DNA from: Lingula anatina | Taxonomy: Eukaryota > Animalia > Brachiopoda | Length of the DNA: 64,000 nucleotides | Direction: 5' to 3' | Assembly: GCA_051362555.1 (NCBI GenBank) | Contig: CM120640.1 | Span: 39,968,788-40,032,787, forward strand | In this document: one piece after another, positions 35,559-47,268 of the stretch | How the letters are laid out: every line of letters starts with the position of its first letter | Numbering within the stretch: position 1 is the stretch's first letter | Made by a program: the position numbers and the translations under genes | Notes under the pieces: generated by a model | The model's database searches: none | What the model saw: only the letters and a program-made list of their open reading frames with translations | What the model was told of the DNA's origin: nothing

Positions 35559-36815
35559 CAGAGTTTGAAATCCAAGCTTGTGGTGTTTAAAGTTTGAATT
35601 ATGAAATAAGAATGTTCTTAGAAATATATTATTATCTGACTGTGTGCTGAATTACATGTATGCAACAGAATTGATGAGTATTAAAGAACATTTCCTTTAT
35701 TCATATAATATATGGGTTTAGCTTCAGCAAATTCATAATTCCTCAGGAGAAGGGTGTTTAGTGCATTTAGAGCATTTTCTCCATTCTCCTCAAGTATCCT
35801 TCCCAAATAATTCTGCCCAGGCATATCTTTTCTCACCAACATTGTTGTTTAATAGACTTTTTGATAAAAAGGGCAATGTCATTTTTCCCTTTCTTAGGAT
35901 GTGAATGGGTGAAATACCCGATAGGTTTGCTCTGGAAACAAGAAAATGTTAAGGAGGAGAAATATTGTGGAATGGGCTTAATATTGATAACTGTAGTACA
36001 AAGGCATGGGAGAGAAGCAGTTCTGATCATAAGCGAATATAAACCAATGATAAAGTATAGTATAAAAGGTAGACTATGTAAACAGGCACTACCTTTGTAA
36101 ATACAACAAGGCAATACTTGTTTTCCGTGTAAACAGTGTCAAAACAACAAACATAAATACAACAAAAGGACTGGTCTAGTTTTTGGGATAATTAAATCTC
36201 AGGACTGTGAGACATTTCAGTCACATATAGCAAGTCTTGAGTGAAATTTCACTTCCTACTTGCTGGTCTGAAGAAGTCGTAATTTTTTACTGTAGAATTT
36301 TTCTTTTAATATATTTATCCAATTAGAATGCAATTGTCTAGTGCATATAAGAAAATGAGATATATGTTAACATTCATAAGAAAAAATAAGCTAAAAGCAG
36401 TGATACCCCGACTGACTATACATACATCATACATGTATCTTTTGGTTATTTATTTAGTAGAAAAAAGTGACACTTTTTTCCATTTCTCCTACAGGGTATG
36501 CAAGCCAAAGCAACTTTCTAGGATGTCTAAACATGCATCCTAAAGAGAAATTCTTTCCAACTGTTAATGTTTTTACCATATCAAAGGTAAGTCAAAGTTT
36601 ACATTTGTATTTTGTAGAAAACAAAAATTTTGTGAAAGCATAAATGATCCGTGTACTTTGCATATAATTTAAGTAAACAACATAGTCACACATATAATTT
36701 TTTTCAGCTGTGATAAAAAAATTTTTTTAATGTGAAAATTTCATGGGAAATTTTATCAGGAGTTGTTTTTTGTTATGTATATATTTTAGGTCTTTTAACC
36801 AATAACTAACCAGAC

Positions 36816-39800
36816 ATGGCCCAGAGACATATTGCCATGATAGAGGGGTCTGATGACCATGCCAGGAGAGTCTTCAGAAAATATCACAAAGTAAGTGTGC
36901 TTCTCATTTGAACTGTATTATGATGTATTTACTAGTCAAAGTTGGATCACTGATTAATGGAGAAGGGAACTGAGGAATTAAACATGGATAATATGAATTT
37001 TAGAAATATAGAACCAACAGTCCCTGAGGAAAATGTTACTCAACTTCTTATAAATGAGAATGTTTTCTGTAATTTTTTCATAATTTAAAGTTTAAAAAAA
37101 TGATATATTTTTGTGCTTTGAAGTTAAGAATAGCTGAGTTTTTAAAATAATCATTATAATACTGGTAAGTTGTTTTGACAAAGTGTTACATTAAGTGCTT
37201 TGTATCAGTGTAATATTCGGTTTCAGAAAAGACCTTTGGGTGATTTGGAGAGCAAATACAAGATAAGTCCCCTTCAGCCTGTGCTGTCATATGATACTGT
37301 AGAACTGGATGTGGCTGGTTCACGTACTTACGATACCTACAGGCCTAGGTCTACACTGGAGATACTGGATGAACAAGAAAAACTGATACATAATGCATAC
37401 AAAAGGTAAAAAGATTTCCCATTAAAGAAATTATCATAGTATACAAATATCTTGAAATCAACATATTTCAACAACAATTATTACAGCAGCTATTGTATAA
37501 TAACATAAGAAAGTTGAAAATTCAGATAATTGAAATATTTACCTGAAAATACAACATATTTCTATGAAGCTGTGAAGTGTTGTTTTAAATTTATTAGAAT
37601 TGAAATTGATAAAATACTAGATATTCCTGTGTTTTAATAAATGCATGTAGTTTTGTTAGAAACAATTGTCAGAATAATATCACTGAAATAGTCTTTGTTT
37701 TTGAAACATCATGCTGAAAAGATATACCAGTATTGTACGTATGCCAAAATTTCAAAATGCACAGTCCTTCATATAATTTTTATCACAGACGCCCTGATTG
37801 TATACTTTTATAAAATACAACACATTTCCATGTTACAAAGAACACCTTGGCACAGTGCATTGTGTTCAATCACAACTAATGCATTTACTGTTTCTGTACA
37901 TGCACAAGAAATGCCAGCACTGGGGAACATCCAGTACAATCAAAAGCAAACCCTTTGTTTTACAGTACTAATCCTTAAGTTTCAGAAACAAAGGCCACAT
38001 TCAGTGTACTAGCTTGGTTGTCCCAACTTTGCAGGGTATTTTTGCTAAAGTGCAATCAGTGGAATCTGCTTAATTGTCTAACAGTCTTCGAGCAGCTGGA
38101 GGTAAATAACTACTGTGTGCTGATTAAGCTGATTCCACTGATTGCACTTTATGAAGAATCCCCTGTAGAGTTGGCCCAATCCAGCTGGTGTGATATGTGA
38201 ATCTGAATGCACCCAAAGAGATAAATTTTAGCAGAGATGTTGTATACACCTGTCATTTAAAAAGAAAGTTTTTACAGATGATAAAGTGGTTTAGAGTCTC
38301 TCACCATTTGAGGGTCGGGTTTCAGTAAAGTTTGGCTGTTTTAAGAATTTCAAAGCAACTGTGAAGATTCTTAGTAAAAACAGTGCCTTACACCTCCCAC
38401 TCCCTATTTATCTTTGTCTTAAAAACCCAAAACTTGAACCAAAATTTTTAGGTTTTTTAACAATTCCATTGTTTTATCAGTCGGCTTCTGGACCGTCAAT
38501 ACAGAGTCAGGTGGTGAATTTGAAAATATCATAGAGTTCAAATGTTTGCCAATACATTTTATGTTTGCATGGTGCATGCTCTGGTTTTGAAATTGATTGT
38601 AAAACTGTTGCTTGAACCATTATAATATCAGTTTGTTAAGCAAACATTTCTGAACAATGGCTTTAAAAATAATGTTTACCTCTTCATTTTGTGCACTTTG
38701 CTTTGTCCTTACATGTTCACAAAAGCGTTGATTTATATGGATTATTTGCATATTTTGGGAAGTGTTAAAAATGTTTGCTTGATTTGTAAGTTTATATTAG
38801 AATGAGTTTTATATTTTTGACATTACACCTTTGTTGGCCTTTGGCTGAAGGTTTTTGTGGAGAAGTAAGTTACTGGGGTTACTGTTTGTGTTGTGGTACG
38901 ACCATTTGCAGAAATTGTAGAAATATTAAGTATTTTTTGGCAGTGTGTTGGTGTAAAGTTTTAATTGGGATGAAGAGACTTATTTTAATTGTTTAAGCAA
39001 AAAAACTAGTTGTTAACTTTGTTTTATGTTGTACTTTAATAGGAAAATAATGAAAGACTTTTTTATGTAAGACTTATGGTTTTCCTTTTTTTTTTTTTTT
39101 TTTGATGCAGATCTGCAGCTTCTGCTCCACCAGGAAAACATCGAAATTCGAGGCAGGGAGAATTTCATGAAGAAGAAGGGGGCAGTGCAAATTTACATAT
39201 ATCTGGAACAGGTAAACTCCTTTTTTTATAAATGATCCAAAAAGTAAAATAAAAAATTAAGGGAATGAAAAGAGTTTTACAACTTAATTGAATTTTTGGT
39301 TTGGTCAGGGTGAAAGTTAAAATTAGGTAAGTAGTGAAGAGATATAGTGGTGACAAATAAGTAAATCATTTTTAAAGAGACTAAAAAGATTTTTACACCA
39401 TGAGCCATGATCATTTACAGCAATTTATATAACTTTTTAAAGATAAATAAAATAACTTTTCTGTAACTGTGAAGATTTGCTGCTGTGATCTTAAAGACTT
39501 AACATAATAACAGTAGACTGAAGTTGCTAGGATCTTCTACAGGTATAAACTTTCAATATACAGTATAAAGGTGCACTGAAAATGATATTTTGAATAGTAC
39601 TTACTGTAAGATATAAATTCAGTCTTATTTACATTTTATTCATAGTTTTGATGTGCTCTTCAAGTCTACAGTTATGTTGTTTTTCTAATGATTGAAAATC
39701 ATGCTTGTTTAATTTACAAGTGGTGGTCATTGCTTTGGGCAACATAAATATTGCTGGAGGGCATATTTGACCTGTACATGTAGTTGAATATAGAATGACC

Positions 39801-42800
39801 ACATAAGAATACGACCAATACTTTGATGTTAAAATGAATTTTCTCTTTTCAGAACTTTGTCACAAATTGATATGGTCGTAATTATCAGTGCAGTAATTGA
39901 TATTTCTTGGTTTCTTTTCTGTTTTAAAACAGCTGTTTAGCTACGTGAAAATTGAACAATTTAAGTGATGCTTGGTCCTATCCACCATTGTTGCTACCTC
40001 TTTTGACCTTCTCTATTCAGTTGCTTAATGTTATGTTTACTTTAAATAGAATATTATCCAAGCATGATTCTTTATATGATTGAGAAATATGATATTTCCT
40101 CTGAAGATTTGTTTTAATGAAAAGAAACTCAGTGTCCGAAAACGCTGCCAGTAACTTTGGGTTATAATGGATGGTCAAAACCGCACGCTTGCTATGTTTG
40201 ATTATTTGTTTTTAATATAAGTCAACTGTTCAGATAGTGTGTTTATGAATAAAGGTCCATAAGCAGTATGTCATGTATGTAATAAAGGAAGGTTATGACA
40301 ACGGTCGTGTTTAAGTATTTCAAATTACTTACATTTCTTGTATATATGCATATGTCCAGCAGAAGTACAGTATGATTTGTTTCTCATGTGCTCTTAAATC
40401 ATTTTCGGAAGGAGACCACAGTAAAACTGTTGTAGATGTTGTGTGAAATACTGCCAGTTTCGTTGGTGAATTTGAATGATTGTTTATTAACAAAGGTAAG
40501 GAGAATTATGCAAGTAGCTTAGAAGCTTCTTTTTTGAAACTGAGAAGCATTTTTAGAGGTTTGCTGTTTCTAGTTGCTGGTCTAACTATTTCTTTCTTTT
40601 TTTTTTAAATCAGCACAAAAAGTGACATTTCACTTGGAATGTGTTGTTTTTATGTTGGTGAAGTATTTGTTTTTGCTGTGTCGGCAAGTAACTCGATTCC
40701 TTAAGTATTAATAAGAAATCAGTTCTTAACATGTTTTCCATGGTTCAGAAGCTTGTTAAAAACAGATGAATTTAATCGGTTTCTTATAGTAAGTAACATT
40801 TTGCACACCTGGTAAATGTTTACTGGAGAACATTAATTTGTTTGCTGGTTTAAGGCTCTTAACAAATATAGTTGAAATTTTCATCTGGAGTCCACCCCCA
40901 AATTCTGCCAACATTTCTAATGGCTTTTTAAAACGTTTTATTTAGTAAATGAAATGCATAGCTTGTGAAATATTATTGCTCATCATTTATTAGTCAATTT
41001 GTTCCAAAGTTGAGAGAAAAGCGCAGCGGCTTTCACTTACTTGAATATATTTGATTTTCATCTGCACCTAAGTTCAGATAGAATATATCTTTATTTTGAA
41101 TTTGGTAAATAGAGAAAATTACAATTTTACAAGGGATTGCTTCAGGAGTGATTTATCCTGATAGCATATATGATTGTAATTTTTTTAATTATTATGTTTT
41201 GATAGTTGTAAAGTTTGACCCCTTAAACTCAAGAAAAGAAAAGGTTGGATTAGTAGAATTGTTTTTGTATACATGTGTTTATCTATTGTACCTTTGTATG
41301 ATATTTGTTTTGATGATAAAGATTTTAATTCTACTTTGCATTATTTGCTTCAAAGAATTCGGATAATTTCTGGTTTTCTTGTGGGGACAGGCATTACAAA
41401 ACCGCTACAGTTTGTTTGAAACTTTTGTGTGCATTCATCAGAACAGTAGCAAACCTCCACAATAAATCCCATTGTTCGGACTCTCATAACATCTGAACTC
41501 TTTTCACGGTTTCCCCAACACTTCTTTTCTTCCATACAATAGTTCTGTGGTTTACTTTCAATAAGTAAGTTTGTTGTATATAACCTGTGCAACTAGAACC
41601 GCCACAGTATATATGACAGACCAGATGTTGTGAAACTCTGGATAACAAGTGTTAATTAAGTTTGAACTGATTGTTATTCAGTATAGATGGCTTTGAACCT
41701 GTTGTTTACAGGCCCTGCACTCCGCCCTGCTTCATCGCCAGATAAATCGCAGAAGCTGAAATCTGGGTTAGGAGCAAAGAGGCCGCACACCACAGGTAAG
41801 AAGAACATACTAGTATCAAGAAATAATTTTATTTCCCCAGTGCTTTTTCATAGTCATGTTGAGAAAAGACAAGGGCATCTTTTTCATGTCAGATTAGCAG
41901 GGACTACAATATTTTGGCAATTAAAATCTTGGAACTTAGGAAGAGAAAGGGTTGGTTGTGAGTTTCAAGATTTTAATCTTTTATTTATTAAAAAAGGTCT
42001 TCAAAAACTGACATTTTGATTAATGAGATTCCAAATAAAAAATGAAGTTAGGTGTAACTCAGAGAGATATATGTAGATACCAGTGTGACAGTTGTAATTC
42101 AAATAAAAATTTGTTATTAAACTTGAAATGCTAGTACATGTATGTGTCAATATTTGATTTTTCTAGAAAACTTCAAAAGGATTTTTTTAAAAACTATCCA
42201 TAAATGTACACATGATTTTGTGCAGAAAGAATCATGTGTCATAGAGTGAAATCAGTCAAGTTTCTTAGTTTGCATGGTTGGAAGTTAAAAAGCACTGGAC
42301 TTGACTATCTTATATCTTATGGTTAATTTTAGATAAGAGTAGACGATTGTGAAATTTATGCAAGAATATTATTACATAAAGAAATGTTTATACTCTCAAT
42401 CACACCCCAAGTGTCCATCATGAATTGCTTGCTACTTTACATAATCAAATGTACATGTATATCTGATTTGAGAACAACAGTGTTTTTTGATGGTTTGTTA
42501 TTGAAAACCATTTCAGAACCTTATTGTCCCTAAGCACCTTATTACTTACAGCTGAAATACCTGTATTGTTTGGTCATGTAAAGAGGTGGAGCTTTCACAC
42601 GTGATATTTATATTATATGTTGATTGCAATTGAGAAGAGTGCTAGTATTTTGTAGTTCCACTTCTAAATCAGGAATAGTATTGTACATCCAACAAATCTA
42701 ACATTTATTTACCATTATTAAGGGCCCTCAAATGTTTACTCAATTGCCAGTAGTGATAATCACGCATCTGTTTTATAAAAAGGGTATATCAAAGGAAATA

Positions 42801-45800
42801 AGATAAGAGATGAAGTATAATATCAAAGGAATGTGAATAAGCAAATTTGAACCCAGTTGATTAGATGTTCTAATTCTAACTAAAAACTAATCAGTAATAA
42901 TACTAGTAAAAACATTTTTTATTTGATAGATTTCTTAGTAATACATTTTGATATTATTACTGAATTAACTTTTTGAAACCTTGACCTATTTTCACTGAAT
43001 GAAAATTTAAGGAAAAAATTAATCATTATTTCAGGGTTGCATTCCCACAAACAAAAAAGTTTATCTGAGCCTTATATGACAATAAAAGTTGACCCAGAAC
43101 TTTTAGAAAAAACAAAAAGCTACAAGAAGAAAACCAGCCAGATTCATGAACAGTTTTTACCTGAGAAGCATAGTTTGGCAGGTGGGGTATACGCACGTGG
43201 TGATGCTAGTGCACGTTTAGAACCACCATCCCAGTGGCTGACATTTGGGGGAGGAGCTACAGATGATGTCACGTCCTCTGGTGTGGTAGACGCATTTACA
43301 GGTGAGACAGGCATATTTTGATATGCGGCTATATACAAGCAACACTCTCCCCTCCCCCCCCCCCCCACCCCCTACACAGCCATGATTACCTACCACTAGA
43401 AATGAAATTTGAAGATGAAATTTTTGTATTAAACTTTTGAATTAAAAGTCATTTATATTTTAGGTGACAGTCATTTTAAAAATCTTCATTTACCTTTATT
43501 AAAAAATTTTGAGTTTAGAAGCTTGGGTGGGTGGGGTTAAACAATCATCACTATGATTAATTTATGTTTATTAAATATGTTTTTGAAAATGCACACAAAT
43601 ATGCATTATGTAAACTTTATACTAGTAGTACATATTCTTAGTACATGGAGTTGTATAAGAAATGGATTATTGTGTCTTTTATTTCTTTTTAGCTATGAAG
43701 AAAAAAGACGATTACTACAATATAGAGGGAGACACAGGCAACAGGGTGGCAATGCAGCTCAAGAAAGGGGAGAAAATAAGAGTTGGAAGGAATGGAGAAA
43801 TACTCTCCTACAACTTAAAGATTTCCAAAAATAAAGTACAAATGGATGAGAAAAAGTAATTGTGCATTTATTATTATTATTATTATTTTAAATTCTGTTT
43901 TTTTCCATTGTTTGGTGATTTAAACAAAAAGATATCGATACTATATTAAGAATAGATTTCATGATGAAATAATGGTGAATTTAAGAAAATAATTATAAGT
44001 AAAGTTTAAGTTTAAAATGTATTCCTTGCAGCAGTATCTCTTAGACAAATTGAATGGTTATATAACATCACTATACTGTAAGGTGTCCTGCCCTAATGAG
44101 AAACACATTTGAATCATTTAGAAATCTTATGGCTGAAGCTCAAGATGCCCTGGTCACCACACAGCAGCTTGGTCCACCCCCTCTGTCCTGGGATGGTCAG
44201 ATACAGTACCCAGGGACCAAGGTCATTGAGCCCAGGAAACCTAAGAATGAGGGACCAAAACCTGTGAGTACTGTTTTATTGTAAATGGTCACATATTTTG
44301 ATATTAGGTGTAATATGTGTCTTACTTATTATTTTTCTAGAGGTTAAAACATGTTGTGAATGTCAGAAAAATTGTACCTGTGAATATGTTTAGCATTTAT
44401 AAATAGGATTTTTTAAAATGTTTGATTCAGTACTCATCTTATAATTAGTAGGTTTTTCATTGTTAATCGTGACATAAGATGATATGCTCAAAAAAGAAAC
44501 AAAAATACACCCAAAATTATGCTGGATCACAGATAGATTCAAAAAAAATTTTTTTACTGACTATTTCAGAGCCTGTGTGAAAACCATCCAGTCGTGTTCC
44601 AAAAGTTGCTGTCTGATGAACCACTGCGGAAACCACCAGTTGTAAGAAAACATGGATTCCAAGTGCAGCGTCGCAGCAAGAGCAGAACAGGCATGGATGG
44701 TGCAGAGAGAGAGAACATCACAGACATTGCAATAGACAGTAGAAAGAAGGAGGAGGAGGAACGGATCAAGGGTCTTGTGTTAGATGACATCATAAAGATT
44801 AAAACTCAAAGATCACCTAGAACACCTAGGAACTTGCCTTTTCAAATTCATTTGGAGTCAAGAAATAATGGTGCAGAATCAGATGAAGGTGGAGAAGAGG
44901 ATGGAGAAAGGCAGGACGATGGAGAGCACTCTCCAAAATCACATGGAGCTAGAAATGGAAGTCCACAGAGTCGTAGAGGTGCAGGCAGGAGTCCAAGTCC
45001 CCCTAATTACAGAACTGCAGGGAGAAGCCCTAGTCCTACTCATGGAAATAGAAGCCCAAGCCCCTATGGGCGAGATTTCCGAAGCCCAAGCAAACTTAGC
45101 ATGGCAGATTCATCGTGGAGTGATGCACGTGCAATACGACCCAGCACAGCCATGTCTGCATTCAGTGGACCGCCAGATCCAAATCTCAGGATATTCACCC
45201 CAGCTGCTGAGAAGAGAGCTGAAACTAGGGCTAAATCTCGACTGTCCACTCCTGCAAGTAACAGCCGGGTAAGGACACCTCAGTCCATCAGACCTCGCCC
45301 TGGGCAGCCCTTGCACAAATCAGGAGCAGCAGCCGGAGCGAGTATCAGTTCCCATGGTCAGAGAGGTGACCCAGAATATATTCAAATTACACAACAGATT
45401 AATGTGTCTGGTAGTAAGCCATCAGACCCTACCACCCTCCGCAGCCTGCAAACTGGGGTCACCCCTGTTAAGGAACACACAAGTCAGTATGATGAGTATG
45501 CACATATCAGGAATTATAGACTATTGAATGAAGGGTTCTCCCCTGTCAACACTCCTGCCTCATCTGATATGGGTAGTCACCATAAATATGATGTCAACAT
45601 CCCCTCTGGCGACAGCGGATCGATGTCCGACATTAACTCAATTTCTGATGACTTCGGTGATAGGGGTCTACATGTTACAATACAGGAGCCTATATCTGAA
45701 GAAGGTAGTGGGCAAAATACTGAAAGGGATTTTGATGATGGAATGCAAAGTGACATTGATGATAGTTTTCATAAACATTTTCATGATGAAGTTACCCTGG

Positions 45801-46204
45801 ATCCCGAAATGGATAGTGCTGCCTCCATGTTGGATGATGCTGGATTGGAGTCACCTGCTGCAAATGATAGAGCAGACGACAGTTCTAGCCATCTTGAAAA
45901 TGGAAGCAATATGCAATCAGACGAAGAGGACTCTGTCTCATTAACAGAAGAAGAAATGCCAAAAGTGACAGCAGTGTCTCTAAAAACCAAAGAACTTATA
46001 AAAGAAGTTACCAGAGATCCCATAGAAAACCCACCTGAAGTGACAGAGATTATTGCCAAGGCAACAAAGCCAGTCCCCCCAGAGCCTGTGCCCCCTGCTG
46101 AAGAGTTGAAATCACTGAGGGAGCAAATTAAAAGTGACTTGCAGGTGGTACAGCAAGATGCACAGAGAGATATACAAGATTTATATCTAAAGCATGAGAA
46201 GTGA
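36816..46204 (+). CDS. Uncharacterised ~881-aa protein, mostly low-complexity/disordered (RSPSP repeats, acidic region, short C-terminal coiled-coil-like helix)
   Basis: Exons 36816-36890, 37227-37405, 39111-39211, 41712-41795, 43035-43301, 43693-43855, 44122-44263 and 44570-46204 join in frame through GT-AG sites (2646 nt). The terminal exon is a 1.6-kb open frame and AATAAA lies at ~46803. I recognise no domain. Confidence 0.8.
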
Positions 46205-46318
46205 TATGCATATGTTATATATGGTATTTCATTTTTTTTCCTTAGCCAGCATTTCTATGCAATTTTGATTTAAGATAAAATGTGATACATGAACCAGTAC
46301 ATCTGTTTAGTATAATGG

Positions 46319-46320
<2 letters not shown>

Positions 46321-46360
<40 letters not shown>
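46321..46360. repeat. (AT)n microsatellite
   Basis: Read directly; lies in the presumed 3' UTR of the uncharacterised gene. Confidence 0.95.
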
Positions 46361-46363
<3 letters not shown>

Positions 46364-47088
46364 ATGGGTAGAATGCAAGCTACAGCAACACCAATCCCTT
46401 TTTATACTTTAGCTTTATTGATACTCTACAATTAGACTATACCTGTAACAGTCAATGTACTTTAGCATTGATAAAAAAGTTTTATTTTATATGTGTTTAT
46501 TGTAATGTAACTATGCCATTTTATATCTAGCTAGAGTTGATAACAAATAACAAACTGCTTTTTAAAGAGTAGACCATATTATTTTTGTATCAGACTTGTC
46601 TCAAAAGTGGAGTTCAGAACTATGCAAACTTAAACCATGAGCAGTCTAACTGGAGTATTTAGATTACTTAGCCAAATTTTTGGTCTAAAAGTTAAGACAA
46701 TAGCGCAGTCCAAACTTATTTTGTGAGACTGATTCCAGTGACTTTTTTTTAATGGTTTTATGTGTCTGAGATTCCTAATATCAGTGGCAGTATTATCCAT
46801 TGAATAAATTGTGATATATTTACTGTCTAGCCCATCGTTGTTGAAGTGACCTGACAGAAATTGAAATTAACACTAACCAGTACATATATGAGTCTTGTAC
46901 AATGTCTTTTTCTATTCAAATGAGTTATTGCAGTAATTGTAATGCTGTATTCATATCCCAGCTTTGTTTTTTTTTCCTGAAGTGTTGTCATCTGTAGTGA
47001 GTGTAGCTTAGTCACTTGTTGTTTATATGTTGTTGTTTATTTTTAATATTTTTTGATTTACTGGTGTAACTTAACCTGATTGTAATGT

Positions 47089-47268
47089 ACCAGTTTCACA
47101 GGAATGGTAGTCCTACATGTAGGAATGTAAGTCCAGGGTCCCATATGATTAGTACAGGTAAAGGTACGTTGGAATATTGGGGTTAGTATGTTGGACGAAT
47201 GTCACCTGTACAAAGTAATGGGGAAGAGACTACAAATCCTAGCCGTCTACCATTCCTGTCACACCGGT
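47089..47268. mobile_element. Decayed ~180-bp foldback element (old MITE-like palindrome)
   Basis: Nested inverted matches: ACAGGAATGGTAG/CTACCATTCCTGT, TAGGAATGTAAGTC/GACTACAAATCCTA and GTACAGGT/ACCTGTAC. Confidence 0.65.

Noticed and set aside
35794-35801. GTATCCTT U12-type donor-like motif
   Set aside because: No supported exon ends here and I found no matching U12 branch site; probably chance.
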